Notes under the pieces: model-generated
The model's database searches: none
What the model was told of the DNA's origin: nothing
What the model saw: only the letters and a program-made list of their open reading frames with translations
IMG/VR virus record: IMGVR_UViG_3300023116_000150
Coordinates: 1-34,755 of that record
From: a virus
Taxonomy: Duplodnaviria; Caudoviricetes
DNA: 34,755 bases
Reading direction: 5' to 3' (one strand)
Shown here: piece after piece, positions 1-15,000 of the stretch
Layout of the letters: the number at the start of each line of letters is the position of its first letter
Position numbering within the stretch: position 1 is the first letter of the stretch
Position numbers and translations under genes: made by a program

Positions 1-1
1 C

Positions 2-3000
2 CGTGAGGGGCAGTTCACGCTTTCGCTTGGCACCGTGGACACCCCCGGCCCTGCAACCTTTGACCTTCGACTTGAGGGCAGTACGGGTTTGTTTCAGGCA
101 TATTTGACTTCGGCAATTGATGCAACAGACCGATGGGATGGCATCGTCTATCCTCATCACGCGGGTAGTGTACACGATTCGTACAACCGTTTCAACACCG
201 GCACGTACGGCGAAGCGACCAACCTCAATGCTGCACACAGACCCCTGTACCACGTCGTAGCAGGATTCTCCTTTGGTCAGGCGTTTCTGTACGTGAACGG
301 CGACCTCATTGCATCACAGGTACTCGATGCAGACCTGCGCATTGCACGCTCCACCGAACACGTGTACGTGGGCGGCAAGGGCGGCGAGTTCCGTGGTGCG
401 GTCGAAGCCCTGCATTTCCTCGGTCACTACGACAAGTCCACCGTTGAGTCGCACATGCCGACCCAATCGGACGTGTCCACCGGTCTGTACCGCTTTGAAG
501 AGCCGATTGACGTGGTGGAAGGAACGTATGCGTTCAACGCCGTGAGCGCAGATGCTACGAGCATCACGGTGTCTGCAAGCGATGCTCAGGTACTCATTGC
601 ACGGTTCACCGGTAAGCCGTACGATTCTGCCTCTCCTACGGTTGATTTTACGGCCAAACCGTACAGTATGGGGTCGTACAAGGTTGTGGACTACTACACA
701 GGCTCAGGCACCCCTTCAACGCTCTCAATTGCCCACGTACCCTACAACCTGCTCATCAACCCCGGTGCCATCACGCGGGCCACACAGAAGCCCAATCAGA
801 AGCCACCGGAGCGTGTGCGCGTCAAGAGCATCAACGGTAGCACGGGTGTCATCGAGTTGACGAGCATTCACGTTGACTTCGTGAACGGTACGGGTGGACT
901 GCGCGGGCTGCTGCACGACCGGACGGCTGACGTGGACAACTACTTCGTCGTAGTCGGTGCCGACCTGCTGATTGACAACGGTACGGGTAAGCCGTACCAA
1001 CCACCGCACTACGGTACGCAAGTCTTCGACCGCACCGGTCAGATGGTGATTGACGAGACGGACAACGAGCAGCACGGCATGGTGTACTCATCGCGTATGG
1101 CAACCACCACCGACGACCCGAACAATCCGTTCGCGGTCGTGTGGCCGAGCGATGTTGACCCCTTGTTCCAAATTGGACATAGCGGGCGACACACCTTCTC
1201 GCACGTTGTTGGTCATGAGTTCATGCGCCGTTATCCGGTACCAACGGACTTGGTTGTGGACCAAACGGTGACCGGCGCAGCGGACATTGTGACAATGCGC
1301 TACGACAACGTGTCCCGTTCGCTACGCAATTCCTTTGCCATGAACGCCTTGACGGACGTGTTTAGCGAAGATGCCACGGCTACGGTGACTGAAATCGTGT
1401 CAAGCACCACGGCGTCTTCAGTTGTTCACAACGGCTTGCCGTCTGCTGCGCGTGAAGTCATTGGGATTGGTGGGAGTAACTTTGACTACCTACCATTCTT
1501 GCTGAAGGGACCTGCGCCTTTGTCTGCTTCTGATGTAAATGATACAACGCGGTTGTATCATCTTGTACCTGAAACCACGTCGCGTGTTGCTATCCTCAAT
1601 GTCCCTGCCTTGCAATCCTCGCATAACATGGCTCCCTTCGTGGAGATTCACTACAATGCAATTGACTTGACAGGTGCAAGTATGGGCATCAGCGGACCAA
1701 TGCTGATGGTTGAGAAGACGGTTCCTGCGGCTTCCCTCGACCTCGGTGGTGGGACGTACGTGTACGACCTCATTGCGGCTGCCCTTGATGCCACAATGTA
1801 CGCCCCCGGCGGTTTGCTGATTCTTGACCCTGATGTAAAGAGCAGCAACGAATACATGTTTGAGTCGCACAGTTTGGTTGGAGATAACACAGGCGGTGCT
1901 GATTACGACCCTGAGTTGGACTTTACTCGCACCCCTGCTGAGTACACACCTGTGTCAAGCGTTGACGCTGAGCCGTGTACACCGCCTACACCCGTACGTG
2001 CCTCTCACGTTTCTTTGGACCACGAATCGGTGTACAACCGTCTTACGTTCACCAAGGCAGGCATTGTAACTGATGGTGACTTGACCGAGTTTTCCAACTA
2101 CAAGCGAGTCACACCGACTGAGGAAAAGACCGGCGCAGGCGTCTTTGACGTGGGCATTCCTGACGGCATCAGTCCTGTGCATGAGACGTTTGACGTGATT
2201 GACAATTACCTTGCCCCATCGGGCAAGTTGCATCTTTTCGTGCAACCTTCTGACAGGAGGCGCAGCAACCAACTGCTTTCTGCTCTTGAGGACGACTCGT
2301 CCATCACAATAATGCTGATGATGGCACGGACGCGGCTCCGAAGCATCAGCGAGGAAAATGACCCTGAATCAAACTTGACGACCATCACCGTCAGCGGTGC
2401 AGGTGTTGTCGAATCCGTGTTGAACCGCAACGTCAGCGCGGTTGGCGAAGGTTCACCTGACTCCTACATCGTCAAGGAGATTGAACCGAATGCACCCGTG
2501 GTCACGGTGACGCTTGGAGGACCGGGGCAAGGTGCGGTGAACACAAAGCCGACGTTCGACCCAAGCCCGCTGATGCGTCTTCCCGGCTCAACGCGCCGCT
2601 CCTGCGCCATTCGTGCAACCCACGTGTACGCCAAAGACGACACCACAACCACGGAGAACATTCTCAGCGTGGCACCGTTGAACAACGGCTCGCCTGACAT
2701 TGCATCGTGGGGTACCATCGCATTCCCGAAGGTAGGACGTGTGTACCTTGACAACGGTGCAAGTGCTGAGTACGCAAGCAAGGGCGGTTCCGGCTTCATC
2801 TTCACCAACGTCAGCGCAAGCGGTACAGGGCGGTTCCTCGGTGCTGACGGTGAAGAGTACTCCAACTTCTTCCTGTGGTGCAACGCGGTTGGCCTGATGA
2901 AGACGACCTCATCACCTGCCGACGTGCAGACTTCGCTGACCCTGTACAACGACCCGAACTTCGCAGACGATGCGATGGCTCAGGACGGCAGCACCGTGAA

Positions 3001-6000
3001 CGACAGACTGTTTCAGTCCATGGACACGGTGACGCACGACTACCAACTCGGTACGCAGTTTGCAAGCACACGGGCTATGGTCGAGATTCCTGTTTTCCCA
3101 CAACAGTTCTTCGACCATCCCGAGCAGGGCATCTTCCCCGGTCCTGACAACTCGATGAAGTTGCACCTTGATGCAACCTACACCGCTCACTCATGGAACC
3201 CGACGCCCGTAGGTCGCCGTGCCAACGACATTGGACAAGCAGACAAGCAGGCATCCTCAGCGTACGGCTTCAACAGGGAAGGATTTGTCGCAGCGGCTCA
3301 CATTGAGCGTATCGTTACTCAAGCAACTGAGTACCTGATTTACGTTGACAATCCTGCTTTGTTCCCTAACGCGGATTTGGCAAACAGAAACGTAGGCAAC
3401 ATGACGGGCGTAAGCCGCTATCGTCGTTGCTTCCTTGCCAACGGTATGAGCGCGTTGTACATCAACGACCCTGAAACAGACGGGTACCTTGAGGTGCCCA
3501 TTCTCGGTACAGAACACGCGGGTCACGGTGCCTACATTGACGGATTTTTCACCTACGCTATTCCCGGCTCATCCCTTTACGTTGCTCAGGGGTTCCGTGG
3601 TGAAACGCTTGTACCAATTGATTCGGATGCAAGCACCCCATCGTCTGACTTTGAAGGACGCTCGCCGTACTACTACGATGCGGCCAACGTGCAAACGCAA
3701 GGTGGTAATCTCGACTACGGTATGCGTCAGTATGTCAGCGCAGTTGAGTTCAAGGCCGGACCGCTCGCTAACCCACACGCCCCGCGTACTGTGTCCAAGC
3801 GTGCAGCATCCACAATTCTTTCAGTTCCATCTGTGAGCGGTAGCACCTACACGATTACGCTTGAAGACGGGTCACTCTTCCCTGACGTACCGTTCACGCG
3901 AGATGCGAGCAACAACATTCAGTTTGAAACGGGTGACCCGTTGTATGTTGCTGAAGTAATTCAGGCTGATGGCTCGACCCAAGACGTGTACTACCTTGGA
4001 CGATTCAACAACACGTTCACGCAGAATACAATTGCGATTGTCGCTACTTCGACCCCTACGTTGGTCGGTGCTACGCTGCGCTTGAAACACGTTGCGCACG
4101 CGCTGCATACCCTGAGTAACCCTGCAAGTGCAACGAGTGAGGAAAAGAAAGTCGTCACCTTCTTGCCTTCTGCAACCGCAGACCAATGGACCTTCTCATC
4201 CTCGTACGGCGGTGGCACCACAACCACGCTCAACATCACTTGTGCTACGGCTGACTTGATGGCCCATGCAAACGTGGTTGGTCTGAACATTCGACCTGAC
4301 GACCACGTGTACGTGGACACCGGGTCAGCCATCAATTACCTCGGGCAAGTGTCCAAGGTCGAGTCAGCAGAAGTTTCGGGCGGTTCTGACCGTATCATCT
4401 TGGCAGCAAACAACCTCGCAGCCATCACTTCAGGCGACAAGATTCGTGTTGCTGCTGAGTCGGTGATGACCGTTGACGACGAGGCTATCCTGAACCGTGC
4501 TTGGGTACACCCGTACGCGACCGGGGGTCTGCGTCACGGTGATACCGTGTGGGCCAACATGAGCATCAACAACCCGCATGCTACCGAAGGACTGTTTGCC
4601 AAGAGCCGTGGTGTGTTCAATGACGGCCTCGTTTGGAAGGGCTTCAATGGTGGCTCAGGCACACTTGCTGACCGGCCCCGTAATAGCATCCCGCTTGAGA
4701 ACTTCCTGATTGGAGACTCTTGCCTTGAGACGGCCATCAACTACGCGCAGCACGTCAACAAAACTGTGCAGATGAATTATGAGTCAATGGGCCTCGATGC
4801 TGAACAGGCTCCTGTCGTAGCGTACGTTGACCCGTACCTTGCAACCGACGGGCATGCTCGCGTTCTCCTGTACGACGTGGCCCATGACCGCGAGTTCATC
4901 GCATTCCACGACTTGCATATGCAGGTTCAGTCAAGTGCAGCAACACCAACCATCGGTTACACTCGACAACTCGCCTACAAGGATGGCACCATCAACCTCG
5001 ACAAGTTCCTGATGGGTCGTAACGGCGCAGCACCACACTACCTGACAACTCAGATTGACGTAGCCAACGGCTACCCAAGCGAGAACCCGTTCCTGCGGGC
5101 TACGCAACAGTCGAAGTTCATTGAAAGTGCATATGCGCATAACGTCATTGGTGGGGTAAATCAGAACCCGTACAACGCAAGCACCGAGCAATCGTGGACG
5201 GTGCTGAACAATCCTGATGTTGATACGTACAACGTCCTGTTTGCATCTAAGGGCCACGGACACTTTGTTCACACAGGTCTGTACCACGAAAAGGGGGGTA
5301 GCGACCTCACCGTTGGTGACAGTACGCTACCCCGTACTCAACCTGCGGTTGCATCCCCGTATTGGAGCAATGCAATTCACCAACTCTCGCGCATCAACGC
5401 TGACTCGCATCCGTTGATTACGGCACTTCGCGCACATCGGGCAGAACAGAACCCGAACACGCACACGCTGAAAGACCCGAGTACGCTCTTTGACACGCCT
5501 GATGGAACGCGCACCATCTCGGCCTTCTTGAGTCTGAAAGGAAAGCGTAGCATTGCTCTCGACCTCAGCGGTCACGACGAAGAGCGGCTTCAGCATCTTC
5601 CGCATTGGACCCAAATGGATTTCGTGCGCCGCATGACCGTGGACTTCGGTGAAATCGGTGTGAAAGAAGGTGTGACTGACATTGAGGCAGCAGCCCGTGA
5701 GATTGTGCGGCTCATCAATCAAGGCGGTGCTGAAAACGGTCGAACCCACGCACGTCGCCCCTCTCAGCAATATCCCGGCGAAAGCGAGCGTCTTGATTTA
5801 ACACGTATTGGCGTTCGACAGGACATTGCTAATCCGAACCGTGACCCAACAAGTGCCCATATCTTCGCTGACTTTGCTGCCACAGGTTCCACCTACGACC
5901 CTGCGCCTTGGTGGTACCCTGACGAAGCATTCGACAGTCATGACCGTGGAAGCCACATGGGGTACCTCCGTGCGCACATTGGCCGTGTGGTTGAGGACCT

Positions 6001-9000
6001 CGATGGCAACGAAGGCTTCTCTATCGTCATTCACAGTACCATCCCCGGTGCAAGTGGTCGCAACTTCTGCGCTTGGCTTGACAACAGTAAGGGACAATCC
6101 TCCTACAAGCCACAGTACCTCATCGGTCACGGCGGTCGCTTCCGCAACTTTTGGTCGCAGCCTGATGAAGTAACGGGGGAGAACATGCACCCTGCTCCGT
6201 TGCCATTGAACAAGCACGGACGGCCCTTCGCCCCAATTACTTCACTCCGAGAATACGTGGCGCAGGAAGAACCTGATGATGCGTTCACAAGCAACCTCGA
6301 CGTTGCAGCACGAAACGACGTGGAAAAGAATGCACTTGCTCGTAAGGTGTCCGCGACGATGGGCGGTACAGTCAACAACTCGGTGGCTGATGAGTCCTTT
6401 GAGGCACAAAGCCCTGCTACGTCGTTGGTTGAAGGGCTACGTCGTGGTAGCACGGCGGTGGGACGTATCAACTTCGGTGGGTTGATTGAGGCGGGTGTAC
6501 CCGGATTTGCCCCCGATGCGGGTGTATATGGACACGGGCGAAGGGGTAACACCGCATTCAACGCCCGCTACGGTAGCAGTTCGACAAGCGATTACACCGC
6601 TCATGTCGCACCGAGTGAAGTGGATGAAGACACGGTGGGAACTTCTCCGCTCTATGGTATGCGATTTACCGACCACCGAGGACGGGGTTACGGTGTACGT
6701 TACGTGTACCGCAAGATGGGAGAGTCGTTTGCAAACGAGTTGACGACGCTCCCATCAACGCTTGATGATGAAATTGTCATACACTTCAACGACCGTGATG
6801 TGGGGCAAGGTGGATTCACCATCGGTCACCACATGAACGGTGAAGGGGATGCTACGGGACGAATGGAGCCAACCGCTGACATGACTGACGCTTCGTGGGT
6901 TGGGAACCGTTGGCGAGGTGTATTTGCCGCAGACGCGGGACTCAACTGTGAAGTCACGTACAGTTCTGATGATTCACTTACTTTCTCTTTCGACCGACCA
7001 TACGACGGCTCAATCACCGATTTCAACAATCATCCTGACTTCCTTGGGTATCTTGGCTTCCCGAAAACCAACGGTATCATGCAGTTGACGGACCCGTATA
7101 GCGGAGCCGCAACAACGCTGCACGGAGTCGTGGGTAACACCTTCTCATACGAGTCTCGTACAAGCAACGCGGTAAGCGGTACTCACACGTTCTATGGAGT
7201 CCGGGGTGCAGACTTTACGGTGACACACACCTCTTCGTCATTTACTGTCACAGACGCAGGTGGTAGCGGTACGCCATTCAAAACCAATGCACAGACGTGT
7301 CAACTGATTGTTTCATCTCGATTGAATTGGACAACGCTGCTAACCGACGAAGTGCTTGCGTATGCTACGGTTGCTGCAATCAACTTGCAAAATCCAAATG
7401 ACGAAGACGGGTACCCCGTGGACGTACGACACTTGTTTGCAGCAGATGGTCGAACCCTCGGTGAATGGGGAGTGGCAGAAGATGCCATCATCATTCGTGC
7501 GCATAATCCTCAGCGTGGAATTAAACCACTCTCACAAATGTTCAGCGCAAGTCTGCACCGCGATTACGGTATTCAAGCGGCTCATCTTGAGTTCGGTGAA
7601 TACGAAAAATTGACGCAAAGCAGCAGCAACACATGGAGTATCACCACGGGTACTACAAGCCCGTTGAGTGATAGTGACATTGCATCGTCAAAACAATTGG
7701 ATTGTGGTTACATTCCTCGTACTGTTGTTCAGATTCGCACTCGCGGGCGCGGTTATCACGCTAACACGCCCACGCCTATGCTTGTGGATTCGTACAACGA
7801 CCCTGTAAATCTCAAGCGATGGAATGAGAACCTCAAGGGTGTACGTTTCCTTTCACGACCGGGCGACCACATTCTGCCTTGTTTGAACAATCCGTTGCTC
7901 AAGATTACGTCTGTAAGCAGCAATGAGTTCACCATCACAAACGGTACTCTCTCACATGCCATGCTTCTTTCATGCACTCGTACAGGAGGTACGTACACTA
8001 CTGCAAATCGTCTGTTGGCCTTTGGGCAGAAGATTCAGTTATACCACGGCTCAGAATCTTCTGCTTTGGTGTATAGCGTGCAAACCGCAAACGCTCGCAC
8101 CCGATTCACGTACAACACGCAAGAAGCAACTGCAAGTTGGGATGATGAGTTTGGTGGCTCAACCGTCAACGATGACTTCTATCTCATTGGCTCGGTGGGT
8201 CAATTTGATGGCTACCGTTTGCACGGAAGCGTGGACTCCGAGCCTATCGTGTACTTCCGTGGGGCAAGGGATAGCAGCGACCACGATGTGCCGTTGTACT
8301 TTGGTGGTGGCTTCAGCGGCGTTGTGCTTGACGTGAACGACGGTACGCAGAACGATTACGCTGACTTCTATACGCATCCATACTCGACGGGACCAACGGG
8401 TACTGCGGGTATTCAAAACGCCAACGAGATTTCAACCTCATTCGCTTTGGTGGATTGCAACGCGCTGCTTGCTTTCTTCCCCGGTACCGCGCTGCTTAAT
8501 CAGCACCGCGCTTCAATTCACCCACCTGCGTACAACAAAGATAGCATCCTCTCACAAGACATGGACGGCGGCTCGGCTACTCAACACAATGACTTACCCG
8601 CACACGTTACGGCTCGCTACACCGCCGGTATGGTGTACCAACGCCCAACTCCGCTTGTGTTGCGCATAGGTCACCCAACGGCTCGCTACGACGATGCACG
8701 CAATAGCATCACCAACCACACCACCTACGTCATCTATGGACCGGGCCAAGCATTCCCCTTCACCGAAACAACCGCTGCTGACGCAGACGTTGAACCACAC
8801 CCCGGTTTTGTTGTGACGGTGGGTAACACATGGAGCAAGGTGCCGCATAGCAAGCAACTGCCCAACCCAATTACCAACGACAGGAACGACTACGGCCCAC
8901 CGACTTCAACCTACCAAAGCAACCGTCAACGTCACCATTGGTACACAACGTGGAATTGGAGTCCCGCTGAAGGCATCCCTCACGTTGGCTCGGTGTCGAG

Positions 9001-12000
9001 CGGAGTCAGCCTGTGGCAGCGGCCCGAGCATGGCTACCACTTCGGTGAACACTTCAACCTCCAAGCCACGGTGTCTTCGCTCAACATCAACGACTATGCT
9101 GCTGCCCACCCCTACAAGCACGCACCCATCGTCGGCTACGGCATTGCTTCGCAGGCCGACTTGACGTTCCACATGGACGGCGGCTACCACCCCGGCGGCT
9201 CATGGCTTGACAATCAACTCTCATTCAACGCGCCCCTTGAGCCAAGCGACTATCGCGTAGCCCGTGATTCGTGGAACGAGGTCAACCCAACCGCATTCCG
9301 TGTTTCAGGTGTCCTTGCAAAGCAGGTTCTCGCGGGTGCATCTGCTGAAGAGGGCGACGACTTTGACCGTGAAATCATCGTCGTGGATGCTACGCGGTGT
9401 CAGAACGGTGAGGAACTCGCAGCCCTGCTTGGACAGGCCATTAACGAGAATCCCGGCAAGGGTGCGCTGAAAGCCATGGGAGGTACTCATCTTCCCTCGA
9501 TGGGCAGCGCGATGCGGCAGGACCGCTACGGTTGGGTCGAACTTGACTTCAGCAATTATACTCCTGATATATCCAAGTCGTACTCTTACGTTGAGGCTAC
9601 CCTTTCAGGTGGTACGCAAACCATCTTGGAACAGTTGCCTGCGTCGGGATGGATTCGTACAGACAATGCAGGCCGTACGCTCCACACGGTTGACTTGCCT
9701 GCATTTGCACCTTACCATAGCCGCGAGGTGTACGACAATAGCGGTACGTGGACCGTTCGTTTTTGGCTCGCACCAAATCGTTTGTTTGGCTATGCTGCAT
9801 TTGAAGATGCACAGTCTTTTGATGACTTCACTCTTCCTACTCCGGTCAATCTAAGTGGCATCACAAAGGTGTACGTATGGAGCAAAGCCGGTGTTCATCG
9901 TTTCAACAACGAGGATGACGCAACGCGCGACCACATGACGCAGGTTCACTTTGCAGGCATTGTGGATGCCATTGACCGCACTCGTCCGGTAGGTGCGGTT
10001 GGGTGGGCCGGTGAGCGGTATTCGTACCTCAACTCCCTCAAGGTTGGCACGGAAGGTTACGGCGCAGGCCGTGGTGCGTGGCATCCAAAGTTGGGCTTCT
10101 CCCCCTACGGCTCGGCTTCGACGGTTATGACCGCGTACGGGCACGTACCGCACACGTATGCGTTGTACAACACTCCTGAATCACTCGTCTATGCAAACTA
10201 TGACGGCGTGGGTACACCCTACGGTTCATGGACTGTTGAAACCGCATATGCGTCTATTTCATACACAACCAACAACGCAGACACCGCTACTGCATACAAG
10301 GCGGCGGATAGTGCAATCAATCTCACAAACAGTCTGACTGACTTCAGCATCCCGCGTGAATTGTACCACCCGCAGGGTGTCTTCTCCAAGGGCTTCCTCG
10401 TTGTTTCTTATGAGAGTGAATTGGCGTTGGTCGCCAAACACGACCGGGACGGCATCACGGCGACCGGTGATTGGCTTGCGGTTGTCTCCAAGACCCGCGC
10501 AGGTACGGCTGCTGCGACGGCCATCACATTCGCAGGTACCGCGCAATGGGACGAGCGTATTCATGGTCCTGAGCGGTTCTATGCTCCTGCGACGGGTGGG
10601 CCGAACGTCGAGGCCCTGATTGTCAGCGGTACGGCGACACCGGCAAGTGCGGCTACCGACGACCCTGAAGTTGCTCAGTACACCCTTCATACGGCGGCTA
10701 CCAATGATAACGACCTCGATAATGCAACACCTGCATTCGCGCAAATTGGTGACCTGTTCTTCGACTTGGACAAGAGCGTTGGCTCCTACCTGCTGAACGA
10801 TGCAAGTGAGGTTGAGCGCAACCTGATGGTGGACATGCGCACCGCAGGTGGGGGTACCGACTTCAACGCAAAGCACGATGACCTCCGTTATTGGCTTGCA
10901 CAAACAAACGGCTACGAATCGCTTGCCCGCACACCGATGCGCAACTTCAGCGTTGAGCATGTCGTGTGGAAGCGGATGGACGGCGGCAACCTGTCGCTGC
11001 CTGCCTTGAACGCTCGCGGTCTTGGTGGTGTACCGTTCGTCACCCGCGTCAGCGGTGGTACTGCCTACACCACGGGTGAGAAGTTGTACGGCAACGTGCG
11101 CTTCTCCTTTGAGACAACCAACTCGGCCATGTTCCCAATCATCCAAGCGCAAGAGTTGGCGCACCCGCAGATTGCTGCTCGCCACCCCGACGAGTTGCGC
11201 AACGTCCTGATGGTGCCCAACGAAGAGATTCAGTTTGATTCAATTGAGGTTGAAGACGACACCGGCCAAATCCACACCATCGAAGGTGGCTCACCATTCG
11301 GTACCATTGTTCGGGCCTTCCGCAAGTTGTCTAACCGCACCTCAGAAGGGCTTGCCCCTGCAATCGCAGGCAGCGGTGTGGAGCCGAACCTGAAGGTGCG
11401 CCTGCCCGACCCCAACACAATTCCGGGCAACATCATCGTGCGCTCAGGATTCGACCGGCTGCAAGCCTATCAGACTGAAACAATGGGCAGCGGTGGCATG
11501 ATGCGACCCGGCCTTGCTGACGCACTCAAGCACCAATTCACCGATGAAGTCGTTGGTCCCCGACAAGGACCAACGTATAGCGACTACGAATGGGACCACA
11601 TCAGTCAGTCTGCAAGCGGCGAGGCCTTCCCCGACATGACGCGCAAGGGGTGGAGTGCAGCAACGGGTAATGCGCCGCTTGAATCGTCCTACGAGTTGCA
11701 CGACCGCACGCTCTTCTTCCATGTGACGAAGTGTGGCAACACGCATACGCACCGCTATCCAACGCACTACACACACGCAAACGGTGTGCAGAACAACGAC
11801 CTCTCAGCCACAGGATTCGCGTCCGGTACGCTGACCGTTGATGCAACGATTGACGCTGCCCTGTACCCAACAACCTTCGGAAACCAAGAGGCTGCGGACA
11901 ACCGCCGCTTCCTGCGTTTGTACGACGCTGCTACCGACCGAGGCGGTGTGGCCTCGTTCACGGGCATCAGCGGTGACACGTTCACCGGCTGCGTCGGTGA

Positions 12001-15000
12001 TGCTGAGTTTGATGCCTTGGTTGCTAACGGTGTGAGTGGCCTCAAGGTCGTGCCTTCCTACTACATGCCTGCGGGCAGCACGCGCTTTTATGCAGCCCGC
12101 CGTTTGCGCGACCATGCAGAAGTCAGCGGCAACAGTCCTGACATGATGCACACGTTGTACTACACCAATGTGGATGCAGACACAACCGCACATAGCATCT
12201 TTTCCAAACCTGTTTTGACCCCAATGGCCCTGCCACGTATGGGTCACCACTACGTCACGCCGACTATGGCTATGCTGCCCGGACATTGGGCGCACCCTGC
12301 CTACCAAGGCTTGTACGACAAACACCGAGCAATTCGTGCATCCTCGCACAAGTACGTGGAACAGTCGCTCATGGAGTCACTCGGATTCGATGAAGTCAAG
12401 AGTGACATTACTACGACAACCACGGACCAATTCTTCGGTCTTGACCCACAACTGCGAATTGGTACGCTGACTGCCACACCGGGAGGACCAAGCGACATTC
12501 ATGGTGGTGCGTTCACGCTGATGTTTGAAACGAAGGTGCGTAGTGACGGCTACGGCGTACTCGCATCTGAAGGATATGCGGGCAACATCAACAAAGCCGG
12601 GGGACACACCATCGTTCTTGAGGGCGCGGCGACGTATTCGCTTGAGCATCACTTCCCTGACCCTGCCGAGGTTGGTGCGTATCAGATTGTCATTCAGCCA
12701 AACTTGAACAAGTCGCAGTTCATCGGTTATCACGAAAATGCAGCAAATGAATTGACAAGTCAACAAGTTGCTCTTGTAGTAGCAAAACGAGATTACACTT
12801 CAGACGTAGGAGGGTGTACGCTTGTGCTTGCACAGGCCACCGACGCTGACGTGCGTGGTTGTGAAATCTTCATCAACGAAGTGATGATTGACCACGACCC
12901 CGACCACGGTAGCCAATTTACCAACATTCCACCGCTGCTTCTGTACAACTCATTCGGCGTACAGGAAACCGAAGCACCTGCGTTCACGCGCATGAGTCTG
13001 CCCTACCACCCCGGCATGTTCGCTGATGCAACACCGGGCTTCACCACCAACATTCCGTGGTGGAGCATTGTACATAATCAAGACCCTACGCATTCCGAAT
13101 CTGCCGGATTCCGTCATTTGACGTGGCACCGCTTTGACAACTACTACGAGTTTGCGCGGGCAAACGCAGGCAACGTGGCTTCTCAAATCACACTCGCAGG
13201 CTACCCGAGTAGCGCACCGGACGTTTATTCAGACTTGTACAACCTCATCAGCCTCAACCCTGTTGCTACTGTTGAGAGTGTCTCAGCAGGTGTGGTTGTT
13301 GTTGACGATGCTCGCGGCTTCCCTGAGTACCCCTACTACGGTCAGAAATTGGAGTACACCGATGCAAACGGTGTACGTCGTACAACTGAATACACGGATG
13401 CTATTGCAGGCTCCGCACAACGCACCATCAATCATCCCGTTAATGCTGACTTTACCAACAATTTGACGGCAGGCACAAAGTTGCGCCTTACCCGAGCGTA
13501 CGACTTCCGCCCGTCAGGAGCCATCTTCACCGACTCCAAGACAAGCATCATCACGCGCATGCTACCTCAGACCTTGCAAGGTAGCCGTGACACGAATAGC
13601 CTGCACTTGGCTGATGCATTCCTGTGCATGTGGCATCCGAACCTTGGACGACCGTACACGTTTTACTCAGACTCAGCCCGTACGTTCCTCAACCCGTTGA
13701 CTGACCGAGCGGTGGACAACAAGCCGTACAATTCGATGCCTGAGCATTTTGAGACAATCCACTACCACGATGCACCGTACTTCGGTAGCGTTGGACCCTT
13801 TGGTTTGGCTATCAAGACACCCGCACCGCCAACAAACATTCCTGCCGGTAATTTTGGTGAAAGCAAACGTACGGTAGCATCTCACGTAGTTGCTACCAAA
13901 ACAATCACCACTACGCCATTTACAGGGCCACTTTTCCAACTTTCAGCAGGTGACGTAATCAGCATTGAATCGAGACAGTACACGGTTGTGTCGGATAACG
14001 GTTCAGACATTGTGGTGGACCAAGTTTTGCCTGTTGAGATTGCAGTCGGTGCGTTTGTGTACGAAGGAGCAGACGGCTCAATGAAAACAGGCGAAGAGAT
14101 GGACCTGCTGCCTTACCTGACTCATCAGGGCGGACAATCAGATTCGGCTGACGATGCTACGAAGGTGATGCTCAACAACTTGTGGCCGAGCGGTAGTCGA
14201 GGCGGTCCTCTCATCAGTTGTCTTGATGGGTACGGCGCAGTATCGTCTTCATGGAGTTACTCAGGATTGTACGGCTATGACCGGTACGCTTGGAAAGATG
14301 CTGATATGGCGTCTTGGAGTTCATACGCGGTGAGCAGCGGCATTACAACTGAACTATACTCAACCACTCCACCGTTGAATAGCATGCCACTTCCATTTGG
14401 CTACCGCTTTGGTCTGCGTCAACCCTACAACAAACCCCAATGGTCCTTCTATGGAATGCGTGCGTACCGTGCGGGTAGTCCGTACTACACCGCTGATTAC
14501 CAACATGGCCCATTGGTGCAACGAGAAACGGGTGCTTGGGGTCATGATACGTTGGCTGATGAAGTGTACCCGGAAACCTACGTGGGTGTCATGGAACGGC
14601 AGACCAACTTCAGCGGCATGCTTGGCGTGGACATGGCTGAGCGGCAGGTTCGGTATAGTGATGGAATGCGCATGACGCGCTCCTTCGGTGCGCCTGTGCG
14701 TACCCTACGCAACAAGTCCACGGTAATCCGCGATTGGTGGGGCGACGACAACGGCAAGGACATTGCCACCATTGACGAGGCCGTGATGTACTACTTGGTG
14801 GATTGGTGGGGCAACACGCGCGGTGAAGACGTGCGCCGCTTCCCTGTGCGCGGCTTCGGCATCAGGCCCGCGTGGGATGCGGGTGACGCCTACGACCCCG
14901 GACGCAGCACGGATGCTACACCGTACGAGCGACTGTACAACGACGGCTCACCGTTGGTCAACCTCAAGGGTATTGTTGCTTCAGCCTCAAGTAACATCTC

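Noticed and set aside
10259-11185. 308-aa antisense ORF and the many other short ORFs overlapping the giant gene
   Set aside because: These are shadow frames produced by codon bias. They have no motifs, RBS or coupling to neighbours.
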